Shown piece after piece: positions 39,636 through 54,097 of a DNA stretch of 64,000 nucleotides. Both the position numbers and the translations under genes were made by a program. Within the stretch, counting starts at the first letter, position 1. Each line of letters starts with the position of its first letter. Source of the stretch: Octopus sinensis (taxonomy: Eukaryota); contig NC_043002.1 of assembly GCF_006345805.1 (NCBI RefSeq), positions 28,148,001 to 28,212,000 of the forward strand, given 5' to 3'. Below the pieces are notes generated by a model. It had not been told where the DNA came from. It saw nothing but the letters and a program-made list of their open reading frames with translations, and searched no databases.

Positions 39636-42399
39636 TCAGGGATTTAATATTGATTAATGAGACTAGCCGGTTCCGAGATACAGGGGTCATTTGGTGATGG
39701 TGAAGCTCAGCATTTGGACCGATTGTGAGTGCTGCTCATGTTTAGTGTGGATGTGTTGTTTTCTTGATATAACTAGTGCGTATTTTTGTTTGTCATGGTC
39801 CTCCTACTGAGAATCTCAAAAATCAGTGCAAGTCTAGCTTTTGTAATGTCTAGGTAATGCAGAGAAATGGGTATTTTGGGATTTGGTAAAGTAAATCATT
39901 GATACAAAGGATAACACGAAGTAAATAAAAACCTCAGCGGCAATTGCTAGTTATTATGTAACACAAGGAAAGATAATTTCAAAATAAAAGATTATTTTCA
40001 CAAAAGCAATTTACATGTTAAAAAGGAAAAATCATCATTTCCTGCAGATAAGGAGAAGAGCTAGGAGTATGCTTCGGACGTAATAGTCATCCTCTGCCTA
40101 GCAAAGTATATTGTAGGAGAGTTTTATTGGTATATGTTGTAAATGTGACCTGGCGCTATGGAAGAAGACCAAGATCTCTTGTCACCATTTCAGAATGTTT
40201 ACTTAACCATTTCTTAGAGTTGTAATACTTGTTTAGAAAATATAGGAGGAATGATTGATAGAGTACAAAAGAAAATGTTTTATGACATTTAATCACGTTT
40301 ATTTACGTTTTGTGTTTCAATACGAGTGAGGTTATTTTTACATTTCATCCACGTTTCAAGGAAAAGATGGGACGATAACAAAAAACATTAATACTTCCAT
40401 AGTTGCTGATATGGTGGTTCTTTAGCACCAGATCCATTTTGATCTGGCACATCTATACTCAAAGGTGTTCTAACTGTAATCATTCCTCTAACACTTGCTA
40501 TAAGAGTAAATCCAAAGATTTTTGGCCATCCCTAAATTTACAAAATAATTGAATTAATACTTTGCCTGTCTTGTATATCACATGTGATACAATGGATATT
40601 TCCTTAACAACCATGCATCATTTGAAGCACAGAGTTCGATATTTCTGTACCAAATGGTGACTTTCAACCAGGCGATGCATTAAGTATACCACTCGAGTAG
40701 GTCGTAGCAGAACTCAAAACACAAAGAGCCGGAACTGATAAACTGAAATTGTTTTCACCTTCTCTCCTTAAAAAAATGTCGTGTTCTTTTGTCCTTGTTA
40801 CACATCTGGATGTTTTTGTATCTGTTACTGATACTGTTAATGTTAATTTTCCTCAAGCTGCTGTTTAATATTGTCATTTATTTCATTATGGAAAAGTAAC
40901 AAGGGCGAAGGGTAATCGCAGAAACGGTGCATTGTTAGGTTTCTAGCTGCGAGTACGATTACTCCAAAGTAGTCCACTATGCCTGTATATGTACAAAATG
41001 GATTAGAGGAAGGGCCACAGAGCTACAGATAGTAGATGTGTTGTCACTGAATTCTACATATACTTGGAAACTTGACAGTCAGTTCATCAGACTGTTTACC
41101 AGTAATTTGCATGGAATGAAATCAAAAGTTACATTTCTCATAACGATAGTAAGAATTGCATATTGCTGCTGGTATTGTTCTCGTCGTCGTCATCATCTAC
41201 AAATCGGCAGCAGCGTCATTGAAGGCTTTTTGTTGTTCATGTTGTAGTTTAGCTTTGAGTTTTGCTTACAATAGCCAGACGTGCTATCAAAGACATTCTA
41301 GTCGTGGCTATTCTGTGTTTTGGTATAGCAGTGTCTAAAGGCGAACATTTCGAAGAAGCGTTGGCGCATCTCATTTTGATTCTCTGCACTCGCAGTTCAA
41401 ATCCCACCGAGTTCGGTTTTGCCTTGCATATTTTTCAGAGTCGAGAAATATAATAGCGATCCAGTACTGGTGTTAAGTTTTCTATCTCTTATTTTTTCTG
41501 GATTGTATCTGCAATTCAAAGATCCAATATCGGATTGTATTTGAAATTCAAAGATCCAGCTTTGTCAGTCATTGTGTCACGTTGATCCACCCTGAGACTT
41601 ACGCTAAAGGCACACGTCAGTAGAATATTCAACCATTTGAGAATCATTTCTGTAGAAATCCAGCTGGTCGAACAACCGAATAATCATCGTCATGATTGTC
41701 AGAGAGTCTGTAATATATTGCTCATTGTAGACTTCTTTATGTTAGATAGTAAGAGATATTTGAGGCAGATTTGGCTGCTATTGCTAGCTATCTGCGACCG
41801 TATAGAAATACGATCGTTATAAGAATGATATGTCTAGTGAAATGAAGCGGTGAATATGAGGTGTGTTCTTTAGTAAGGTTTATTAGCAATATTTATTATT
41901 ACGTTTTACATGTTGTTACTACATTCTGTTTCGAAGGGCTGAACGGTTAGGGCCTCCACTTCGTAACTTTGAAGTACTGAGTTCGATCTCACTCTATAAC
42001 GTGATTGAGGAAAGTTTTTTATAAACCCGGATCGACACAAGCCTTACGAGTGAAAGTTAATTTAATAGACAGAATATGTGTGGAATTGGCTGGACGGATT
42101 CTGAAAGGATCACCTTTGTCACACTAATTCTGCCTGGAGATAATGCCTGTGGAATACTCAGCCACTTTCAGTACAATTCAATGAGTGAGTAGTCCAATAA
42201 ATTGAACAAGTGAATATAGATTATCGACACTGATGGAGACCCATTACTTAACGTTTTTTGTAAAGATGGTCCACCTGTCACCTTCCTTTATATTTTTCTC
42301 AGACGCAAGACTAAAGATGTCTATGTAATGTTACTTTCTTAGAGGTGACAGTGTATTTTGAAGGGTATTTGGCTGTTATTTATAACAGATCGTGTGTCC

Positions 42400-43087
42400 A
42401 TATTTAGACTTCCTCGTTGTCTGTGGCAGTTGTTTCTCTTGCAAAGTTACAGCTGTTAGTACTGTTGGCGTGGATATTGTTGTTGCTATCGCTATTGTTT
42501 CTATTGTTGCTATTGTTGTTGTTGATGCATTTATGGCTTGATGATATTACTGTATTCCTGTTTAGTGTTATTGTTGCTGTTTTCGTTGTTGCTAATGTTG
42601 TTATTACTGATTTGACCTTGTTGCTAACGGTGTCATTGGTGTTATTTCCGTTCTTGCTGTAGTTAGTATTGCTGTCGTTTTGCTTCTGATGCTGTTGCTA
42701 TTGTCATTATTACTAATGGTGCTATCGATGCCGTTGTAGCTTCTGTTATAATTGTTAATATTTTTGTTGTTGGTACTAATGTTCTGGCGGGTCTTGCGCA
42801 TGGCGCTTGTCAGCGTTTCCCTGTAAGTTCTTGTTATCGTTGATGTTGTTGCTATTGTTTTTGGTGTCGAGGTTGTTCGCACTGTTCATATTGATGTTGT
42901 TCGTGTTGCAGTTGTTATGTTTTTTTTTTTTACCGTAGACAATATTGTTGTTATTGCTGTCGTTGTGATACTATTGTCGTTGTCGAAGTTGTTCGTGACG
43001 CGATTGTGGCTATTGTTGTCAATATTGTTGTCATTGTTGTAGCTGTCGTTATTGCTGTCGTTCCTGTTGTTGCTGATGTCGTGGTGG

Positions 43088-43128
<41 letters not shown>

Positions 43129-43420
43129 CTTGTTGTTGTTCTTGTTCTTGTTCTTGTTCTTCTTCCTCCTCTTCTTCTTCTTCTTCTTCTTCTTCTTCTT
43201 TTTCTTCTTCTCCTCCTCCTCCTCCTCCTCCTCCTCTTCCTCCTTCTTTGCAGCAGCAGTAGCCATTCAGAATAAAGTGAATAATTAATTGAATTTCCTT
43301 CAATTATCGCCAATAATATAACAATTAATCAGCAAAACACAGGACAACAAACAGTAAATAATATTGTTGTTGTTGTTGTTATTGTTGTGGTTGATGTTGA
43401 TGTCGGTATTGTTGTTAATA
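42400..43420. repeat. Low-complexity (TTG)n/(CTT)n/(CCT)n tract
   Basis: Directly visible. Its ORFs are homopolymeric. Confidence 0.9.
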
Positions 43421-43640
43421 CTATAGTTTTATTAATGTTATTCTTTTGTTGTTGCCGCTGTTATTGTTTGACATTGTTGTTGTTATTGCATGTTTTTTTT
43501 TTGGCAATCGTAAATTCTGTTTCTTTACAGTTGCTATTATTCTTAATATAAAGGGCGATGGATTAACAGAAAACGTTGCTTTGCGGTGTAGGTTCCGGCA
43601 CTCAACGTTCTGAGTTCGAATCCTGCTGAGGTTAACTTTG

Positions 43641-43697
<57 letters not shown>

Positions 43698-44019
43698 AAA
43701 CGATATTAATGATGATTACGCTAGACTAAATGCACGGTGAATATACTGTAAATCAACGGGTTGTAATCGATTGAACTGACCACAGTGTATTACTAGTGCA
43801 TATGCTATCTATAATGCAAGAATAGAGATGATAACCACTAAGTAGAATGATAACCTCTAAGTAGTCGTTCAACATGCTAAAACAAACAGCTAAATCTTAA
43901 TTAAATCGCAACCAGCTTGTCGAGTTTGCTCGTACCTTTTTAACCTGCACATATCATCTATCTCTATCCTGCATTAATTGATAATTTGATCTACATACGT
44001 CGTGCTCACATAACCTGAT

Positions 44020-44400
44020 CGAGTACGACCATGCTTTGGTATCCATAGCTGTAGGTCACTTGCCAGCTCTTGTCTAGCTCGCCAGCAATATCTCGTAAAA
44101 GCGCAAGCCCTTTCCCATTAATATGGTGAAAACAGGCAGATCTCTATGGAGCTGTTTCTTGGTGGAATTAGTTCTCCAAGATATGTTTAAGATTGCTCTT
44201 AACATTCGGGTGTAAGTTCCAACTAGATAGCCTCAACTGAAAAGGGTATAAAACTCAGACTTATTACAGTTTGGATATTGTCTGGTAATCAACCCAGTCA
44301 GACAACCTAAAGAGGAATTTTTTCCGTGTAACAGTAGAGTCAGTCCTTTTATATGTAACTACAGTCTGGACGCCTACCAAAAAACCGGAATCCAGGCTAG
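44020..44400 (-). mobile_element. RTE LINE internal fragment, decayed
   Basis: Minus strand translates GTYTRMLRAILNISW...KKQLHRDLP, an RTE post-RT motif. Confidence 0.75.
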
Positions 44401-45951
44401 AATCGCAACAATCATCTTAAATAGGTATCAAATATGCGCCGAAAATGTGTGAAATAGATCAGTTTCCCTAGTTAAATTAAACACAACCTCACAATGGTCA
44501 GGTAAGAGCAGGATATTACATTCTCTTCAGCAACCGTTGATAACTGAATCCTGTTTGAAATTAGAGGCTAGTCGACCTCATACCTTTTGGTCTACAGTAA
44601 AAATGTATAAACATGACAACCATTTTATAACTACTCTGTGCATCTACTTAGCCCTTTGCCTGTCCAAAGTATCTTCATAAGTTTGTCTTAAGAATCTCTG
44701 GTTGGTTTCAAACTTTTAATTAACCCTTGTTTTATGTTTTGAGTAACATACAGCTATCCTCACCCTTTCACAAATTACTTTGATGGCTGGAACAAAGTGT
44801 GAATTTTGGAAATATACTGTGTGTAGCATGAGATATACAGGACAGGCAAATAGCTTATTTAATTGGTTTAAATTTAGTGTTGGCCACAACCTATGGATTT
44901 ACTCTTGTAGTAATGTTTAGAGGGATGATTACAGTTAGAATGCCTTTGAGTATAGATGTACCTGATTAGAATGGATCTGAGGCTAAACAACAACAACATC
45001 ACCAACTGTGGAAGTATTAAATTTGGGAAAATTTGACATTGAGGTTAATTAAACTTGCAATATATAGAAATAGCGGTCTAGCTACTGAAAGGAAAAACAA
45101 ACAACTGTAAACTATTTCGTCGTGTACCTTTTCCTCTCTTTTAATCAAGAGAGAAGACAATAACGTCGATAGTTACAGTGTCCAAGACAAGTGGAAGTGA
45201 AGGAGGAAAGTACCCTCAAACAGGAAAGCTGCCTCGAATGTCTACAACAGATTGGATTCCGTTAAAGGTACTCAAGATGCCAAGTGATAATTTTCGACCA
45301 GGTAATGCATTGAGTATACTATCCAAGTAGGTCATAGCAGAACTCAGAACGCAAAGAGCCGGAACTTATATTGCATGGCATCCAGTCCCACGTTCTTAAT
45401 TTCAAAATCCAACATTCAGTGCTGAAATTATTCAAGAAGGTGGACATGTGGAGTGTTCGAAGAAAACCTAAATGCTTCATTTGTGGTTGCAAATGTTACC
45501 CTAGGACTTTCTGTTCAAGACGTCAGGAGAAGCAACAACAAAAGGAGAAATCTCAAGGGTCACAGAGCATGACAACTGATGTTGATGATGATGATGATGA
45601 TCATCATCATCATGGTGATTGCGGAGATGGTGATACTTGTAGAAACGTTGGTCGTTTTAGTGGTGTTTGGCATAGCTGTGATCATTGTAGTTAGACTGGT
45701 TGTTTTAGTAGTAATAGTAATGGGATTAGTGACCATCGCATTGTAGTGTAGACGGTGGTGGTGATAGAGGTGTCCTTGTAGAGCTAATGATAGATGCTGT
45801 TATTGTTGTTGTTGCAGCTGGTAGTTGTGACGGGAAGTGATGGTGTTGCTGGTGGTGGTGGCGGCGGTGGCGGCGACAGTGACGGTGGTGACGAAAAAAT
45901 AAAAACAGCAGTAGTGGTTGTTGCTGTTGTAGTGAAAATAAGTTTATGTAT

Positions 45952-45982
<31 letters not shown>

Positions 45983-46237
45983 CGATGTTGATGATGATGA
46001 TGCTGTGAGAAAATGAAAGAAACTGAAATTATAAGTCAACACAAACTGCAACAACAATATTAACAGCATCAATGACGACAACACCACTACCACCACTAGC
46101 AACAACAACAAAAATGATAACGATACAACAAATTTCTTAATTTTTACATATATACAATAACAAAAACAAGGTGAGCGATCTCTCTCTCAATCATCACCAC
46201 CACCACCACCAACAACAACAACATGAACAACAACAAC

Positions 46238-46289
<52 letters not shown>

Positions 46290-46418
46290 TAAGCGACTGG
46301 GTAGAGTCAACGAGAACAGATACACAAGGAGGAACAAGGAACTCTGTTAAAACGTTAATAGAGTGAAGTGTGAGAAAGGAATATATTTTGAAAAAAGAAA
46401 TATATATACATACATACA

Positions 46419-46544
<126 letters not shown>

Positions 46545-46555
46545 ATATTATATAT

Positions 46556-46587
<32 letters not shown>

Positions 46588-47027
46588 ATATAAAGAGATA
46601 TTTGCAGGAAGATAGGAGAAAATGGTGACAAGGAAATCTTCCAAATCTCAAACAGAAGATTTTATCAAAGACCTTTTGCGCAAATGTCTTGCAATGCTGT
46701 ATAGAAAACAGGTGTTCTGCCGAATGTACATCTCTGTTGATGTGCGATATACCAAAAGTGTGGTAAAACGTAAAAAAGAAAGAAAAAAATGGACATATGC
46801 ATACGTGTGTGTTTTTTTTATTATATATATTATTGATGTATGTATTATGGATGTGTGTGTATGTGTAAGTGAGTTTGGGGATAAGTGAATGTGTCTGAGT
46901 ATGTGTGAATACATGTGCATACATAGGTTCTTGTGGAGTAGGTGAATTGCATGTGTGCGTGTGTGTGTGTGTGTTTATGTATGTGTATGCATGTCTTTTT
47001 GTATCAATATCTATGCATGTGTGTGTG

Positions 47028-47112
<85 letters not shown>

Positions 47113-47288
47113 CATACACACACACACACAATATATATATACATACATACATACATACATACACATGTTTGTATGTGTGTGCGCGCGTGTGTGTGTGTGT
47201 GTGCGTGTACGTGTCTATTTATGTGCATAGTTATTCATGTTTATATGGTTTGCAGTGTGTGCATTTGAGAATTATATATATATATATC

Positions 47289-47320
<32 letters not shown>

Positions 47321-47356
47321 TATGTATGTATATATGTATATGTATATGTGTGCGTG

Positions 47357-47415
<59 letters not shown>

Positions 47416-47671
47416 GTATCCATATTGTTATACGTAAATGAATGGAAACGCAGAAGATGCTGGCACTGTGTTGTTTAGGGTACCGGGTCTTGTTAAGTAG
47501 GCGTGGCAGCGGTTTGCAGAGGGGCGGTGGTGAACAGAAGTATTTTGCTTTCGGCTAAATACAGAAGAGATCCTTACAATGATTATTGCTTAGTGGAATG
47601 ACGCTGTTTGAAAGCACAACTATAAGGAAAACAATAACTACAACAATTATTATAGTAATTCATTCGAAATT

Positions 47672-48645
47672 TTAGTACAAGGCTGGTAATTTTGTGAGGA
47701 GGGGCAATTCGGTTGCATTGACCCCATTACTTAACTGGTACTTTATCTTGTCTACCTCGAAAGGAGGAAACGCATAGTTGATCTCAGCAGGATCGGAACG
47801 CAGAACATAAAGAACTGTAAAACTACAGCAAGTCATTTTATTCGATGCTCTAAAGATTCTGCTAATCCATTTCTATGTAATAATTACTTTATATATAGGT
47901 ACATGTTAAGATGGCGAGGTGGCAGAAGCGTTAGCACGCCGGACAAAATGCTTAGCAGCATTTCGTCCGCCTTTATTTCCCAGTTCAAATTCTGTCGAGG
48001 TTGATTTTGTTTTTCATCCTAACAGGGTCGATGAAATATAACTAGCAGTTGAGCACTGGGGTCGATGTAATAGGCTTATCTCCACCTCCGAAATTGCTGG
48101 AAATATACCAAAATTTGAAACCAATATAGGTACAAGTAGCTGGTAGAATCATTTGCACGCCTGCCAAAATGTTTAGCGACATTTCACCCGTCTTTATATT
48201 CTGAGTTCAAATTCCGCCGAGGTCGTCTTGGCCTTTTCAACCTCTCGGGCTCGATGAAATAAATACCAGTAGAACACTGAGGTCGATGTAATCGACTTAG
48301 CCCCTTCTTCAAATATTTCAAACCTTATGCTTATGAGAGAAAGGAATTTAGGGATAGGTGAAAATGGTGAGCGAGAAGAATCGTTTGTGTGTCTAACAAA
48401 ATGCTTAACAGCATTTCTGACAGATCTTTGCATTCTGAGCTCAAATTCCACTGTGGTTGAACTTGCCTTTCCTGCTTTCGAGATAGATAAAATAAGTACA
48501 GTTACAATAAATACTGGTAAACCGATGTAATTTACTCCTTTCCTCATAAAATGGTTGCCTAGTGCCAAAATTTGAAAGAATTCTAGTTCAAGAAATAAAT
48601 TTTGGAGAAAGGGTGTAATCGATTGCATAAACCCCAGTACTTAAC
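47672..48645. mobile_element. Cluster of degenerate family 3 SINEs
   Basis: Minus copy at 47672-47870, three plus copies at about 47909-48125, 48135-48325 and 48363-48585, and a minus fragment at 48600-48645. Confidence 0.75.
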
Positions 48646-50728
48646 TTCTATCTACATATACTAATGTGTTTGGTTGTGCAGTGTGGGTGAATGGCTAAGA
48701 AGCTCCTTCACAACAACGTGTATGCGGCTTTTGAGCACATTCTATTTTCTATAACCTCGAGCCGATCTATACCATGTGAGTGAAATTGGGTAGATGGAAA
48801 ATGTGCAGAATCCCGTTATGTGCATTGTACCTATAACTTAAAAGGTACAGCCTTGGCACACACTCTACCAGGAAATTACGATAAGAGTATACGTCTTTTT
48901 GGAATATTCAGCCGCTTATATGTAAATTTACTTGATCAACAACTGTATCTGCATCATCGAAATACAGAGATATATCACCCCCTCCATATGTATATATATA
49001 ATTCCAAGGAAGTTAGAGGTTGTGAATCCAACCGACTATCTATCCAATATACTGCTGGTAGAATACCCAATTATTAATACCCAAGTGCTTTTTCATTGCA
49101 TGGCAATTACATTACCGAGTGTAATAAATGGGTGAGGGTAAAGAGATATTTTACCATTAATTTATAGAGCAATAAGAAAATGGAGGGGATCAATAGGTGG
49201 TATTCATCAAATTTTAGACATTATATTATGTCAATAAATTTATTTACTAAAATTATAACAATATACATAAATGTATAACATATTATGCTTTACTTATATA
49301 ATATATAAAATATATAAATATCAGTAATTATTAAAATATATAACATAGAGCAATGGAAATTGCCAAGAGGCAATAATACTTCATTCTACTTTTATCCCTC
49401 CAGTGAACTGAAGTAATGAGTATGTAAGAATGAAACTGTATATACATGAGAAATACATATATATATATACACATATACAGAAAATAACACACTGTCTTTG
49501 GCCTTGACCTACACCATGGATCGACCAGCTCTAGAGTTCGCCTGGAACAGCATTGCATTTTCACTCTACAAACTCGAACTCCGTTCGGACTCAACACAAC
49601 CCCCTCTTCTCAGTGACTTTCCCCTCACCCCTTTTCTGTTACTGATTTTTGGTGGCTGATTCTATTTCTGTTACTGATTTATTCACAACCTTTTTAATTA
49701 TTTTACTATTACTAATTTTTATTTTCATTATTTATTTGTATTATTTTTTTACTTTTTTATGTTCCTTTACCACACACCACACACCATACACACACACGCT
49801 TACATGCACGCACACATCAAACACCCCCCTCCGCCCGCCCGCACACACACACACATACACTCATATACATGCACATACACTACATACACACTCACACGCA
49901 CATAGACACAAGTACAAGCACACCCATACACACACGCATATATATACAGAGGGAGAGACAGAGTGACATGGAGAGAGACACACACGCACTCATACACGAG
50001 TGCACACACACACAACTCATACACACATTCCCAGTCCGTCTACGCACACACACCGACACACACATAGCCACACTCACCATTTCACACACCTTTCAGACTG
50101 CCTCTGACTCTATAGTCACCCTTCCATCTACACACACATACAATCACATACACTCACACACACGGCCACGCTCGCCCATTCACACACACCTGTCACTATA
50201 GCTGCTGACCATTCAGAGCAACATTAATACACACGCACATAGATTCTACCACACGCACACATCCTACCTACCACACATACTCACACACAGAGTAACTACT
50301 TACACAAACACACACAAAGTTAATACCACACACACACGCTACCACACACACATACACACACACGCTACCGTACATGCACACGCTACCACACACACACATG
50401 CTATCCCCCCTAATACACACATACACACATGCTAACCATCTTCACACTCTCCTTCCCAGAATGCATTTTCTCTTCCTCTTTCTACTTCCGGTCACACCAG
50501 AAATGTAAGTTAACGTGGACTGTTGGCGATTTTTCCTCCTTCTTCCTTCGTTCCCTTTGGACTTTACTGTTTTTCTTGTTTCCGACGAAGAACCATGCTC
50601 GAAACGTAAAACAACAACTCTCTTCTTTCTCCGGGCGTCTTATTAATACATTGCTTGTGCTACGTTCCCACGTTTGTTTTTTCTTTTTCTTTTTTCTCTG
50701 TTTTATTTTAATTGATTATATATATATA

Positions 50729-50840
<112 letters not shown>

Positions 50841-51148
50841 GTGTGTGTGTGTGTGTGTGTTGTGTGTGTGTGTGTGTGTGTTGTGTGTGTGTATGTAAGT
50901 ATGTATATGAATGTATGTATTAAAGTGTTTGACTATTATGAGGTAGTAAAATACAATCACACACACACACACACATATCTTGGGCTTCAGCACTGTTTCT
51001 GTCTACCAAATTCCTATAGGCCCAGAGTTACTGTGGAAGATAATTACGCAATGTACAACGCATTGGGACTGAACCCGAAACCCTGTAATTACGAAACAAA
51101 CTCCTTAACGATACAGCCATGCCAGCGCTGAATTTTTGTCGATAGATA

Positions 51149-51313
51149 GGCGCAGGAGTGGCTGTATGGTAAGTAGCTTGCTTACCAACCACATGGTTCC
51201 GGGTTCAGTCCCACTGCGTGGCATCTTGGGTAAGTGTCTTCTGCTATAGCCCCGGGCCGACCAATGCCTTGTGAGTGGATTTGGTAGACGGAAACTGAAA
51301 GAAGCCTGTCGTA

Positions 51314-51353
<40 letters not shown>

Positions 51354-51571
51354 TGTGTGTGTATGTGTTTGTCCCCCTAGCATTGCTTGACAACCGATGC
51401 TGGTGTGTTTACGTCCCCGTCACTTAGCGGTTCGGCAAAAGAGACTGATAGAATAAGTACTGGGCTTACAAAGAATAAGTCCCGGGGTCGATTTGCTCGA
51501 CTAAAGGCGGTGCTTCAGCATGGCCGCAGTCAAATGACTGAAACAAGTAAAAGAGTAAAAGAGTAAAAGAG
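51149..51571 (+). mobile_element. CORE-like SINE, family 2, full-length
   Basis: Colinear with 26893-27309. A degenerate minus-strand head lies immediately upstream at 50975-51125. Confidence 0.9.
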
Positions 51572-52949
51572 ATCAGCAAAAAAAAAGTAAAAAAAATGCA
51601 TACAGGCAGAGTAAATGACATATGTCTTTTATTAACTCTTAGACATGTTTTAAATATTTCACATAACTTCCGTTTAGAGTCGCTTCTTTTCAGATCATAA
51701 TACAATTTCTTGATCTCTCTTTCAGTAAAGCAGTTCCAGATATCTTTTTCTCCCTCCCTTACCACTCTCAATCTCTGTCTCTGTCACTCTGTCTGTCTCT
51801 TTCTCTATTTATATATCTCTCTTTCTTTTTATCTCTCTTTCTCTCTTTACCTCTCTCTCTTTCTTTCTCTCTTTATCTCTCAGTTTCTTTTTATTTGTCT
51901 TTTTCATCTCTCTGACTTCCGTTCTATAGATCTTTCTCGATTTTCAGTTGAAGATCTGTCACACACTATCTTTCAATTATATTATAGCTCTCCGCCCCCC
52001 TCTCTCTCTCAATGTCTCTCCCTCCCTCCCTCTCTCCCGCCCTCCTTACCTCTCTCTTTCTCTCATATTGAGATTTTCAGGTGCTACTTCTCTCCCTTTT
52101 CTCTCTCTTTCTTTCTTTTATCTTTTCTCTTTCACTTTCTCTTCCTCCCCCCCCGCTCTCTCTCTCCTTCCCTCTTCCTGCTTACATTAGTTTAAGCAAC
52201 TTTCTTCTTCTCCGTGTTATTCTCTTTCCTTGTCTTTGTTTCACTCTCATTATTTAAATTTTTTACTCCTGCTCTTCCCTCTTCTCCATCTCCTTCCCTC
52301 TCACACTCTATTCTTTTCTTTCAACCTTTATTCTATGATCTAACCGAAACAAAAGAGAAGTTAGCTAACACACAACAAGAACTATCAGAATTACAATCAC
52401 ACAGAACATGTAAAACTGTGAACATCTATCTTAAACATTGTCCAAACAATCGACACCTTCTACCATCTCCCTTTCAATGATGCCTGAATTAGCCTCTTTA
52501 TTACTTCTTTCCCAGCCTTAATATATTGGTTTCACTTTCATAATTGCTTTGTCGGGAGTTCATCCTTGCAGTTGTTGTTGTAGACGTTGTCGTTGTTATT
52601 GTTGTTTTGTTATTAATGAGAATGTGTTGTCGTTGTTCTTATTTAGTATTTCTTTTCACCTGCTTCTTCATATTGTCTAAATCGATGTATTTTGACAAGG
52701 CACATACCAAATATGGTAAGGTAAGGAGGATACAATCAAAATTGCTTCCACTCGAGGATATTACAGGAGCACACGAAACGAGGGCAATTTCAAGAGGTCT
52801 CACATTTTACTAGAAATAGAAACAAAATCTTTCACATTATAAACCACGATTGGTTCTCGATTGAATAAAACTAAAATTGGTTGGTCATAGCTGAAAGGTC
52901 TTTCACCTTAGGTCACAGCATTTAATGCTGACGTGAGGTCTAAAAAACG

Positions 52950-53097
52950 GAACCAAAATCTTAAATTAGAAAGAACCAATAACGTTCTCATTACCTCCAA
53001 GGCCTTCCTGGAGGTTTCTAACTTTGCAGTTGACCTTCCAGTCTTTCACGGATATCAGTAAGTTCCAAGTATACTATGGGTATATACGTTAAATTTT
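52950..53097 (+). repeat. Left arm of 148-bp inverted duplication
   Basis: Reverse complement of 54657-54804 with one mismatch. Confidence 0.95.
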
Positions 53098-53133
53098 GTT
53101 CATATACCCCCACCCTACCTCAACAAACACACG

Positions 53134-53176
<43 letters not shown>

Positions 53177-53300
53177 ATATAATATATATATATTATATAT
53201 ATATATATTATATATATATATACATACATACATACATACATACATGCGTGCATACATGCATATATGCATACATACATGCGAACATACATGCATACATACA

Positions 53301-53334
<34 letters not shown>

Positions 53335-54097
53335 CATAAATACGTACCTACGTACATACATGCATACATTTACGTGTACACACAGACGCATGCACACAAA
53401 ACCTAAATGGTATTTCAAGCTTTATAAAACATAAACGAGTCAGTGTTTATTACGTAGATGTAATATAGTTGATGTAACTCTTTAGCGTCGCATCGAAAAA
53501 TAAAATAGCGCGCCTATTTGTTTGATTGTTAGTTCTTCTTTTTTTTTTTTTGCATATATACAACGGTACACATCCTAGTCAATAGTACTCTGTAAATTTT
53601 AGATGTAATCCGTCCATAGTTCTGATTTACAGACTGCGTTTCGCAGACAGAGAGCAGAGTATGCAAACCAGGAAATCGTGGAGACACGACGTACAGAAAT
53701 TCGTATACAATGGTATAGACATAGCTATGAGTCTATACATAATTTTTCTTTTTCTGAGTTCAAAAGTTTTGCACTGGAATGTCTGTGTGGTAAGTAGCTT
53801 GCCTACCAACCACATGGTCTGAGTTCGGTCCCACTGCGTGACACCTTGGGCAAGTCTTCTACTATAGTCTCGGGCTGACCAAAGCCTTGTGTGTAGGTTT
53901 GGTAGACGGAAATTGAAAGAAGCTCGTCATATATGCATATATATATACAGTAAAAGCAATTAAGATTCAAGTCAGTTCTAATGAATTCACTTGAATGCGG
54001 TACTTAACTTAGATGCACCAGAAAACTATATGGTATTAACCATACAATAATGTGGGGTGATTATAAACGAGAAAAAAGCAACAAGAATGGATTAGTT

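Noticed and set aside
42604-43313. Poly-Lys/Glu/Asn/Thr ORFs
   Set aside because: Trinucleotide repeat artefacts.
52330-52480. Coiled-coil-like peptide DLTETKEKLANTQQELSELQ
   Set aside because: Short, with no convincing splice sites or recognisable family.
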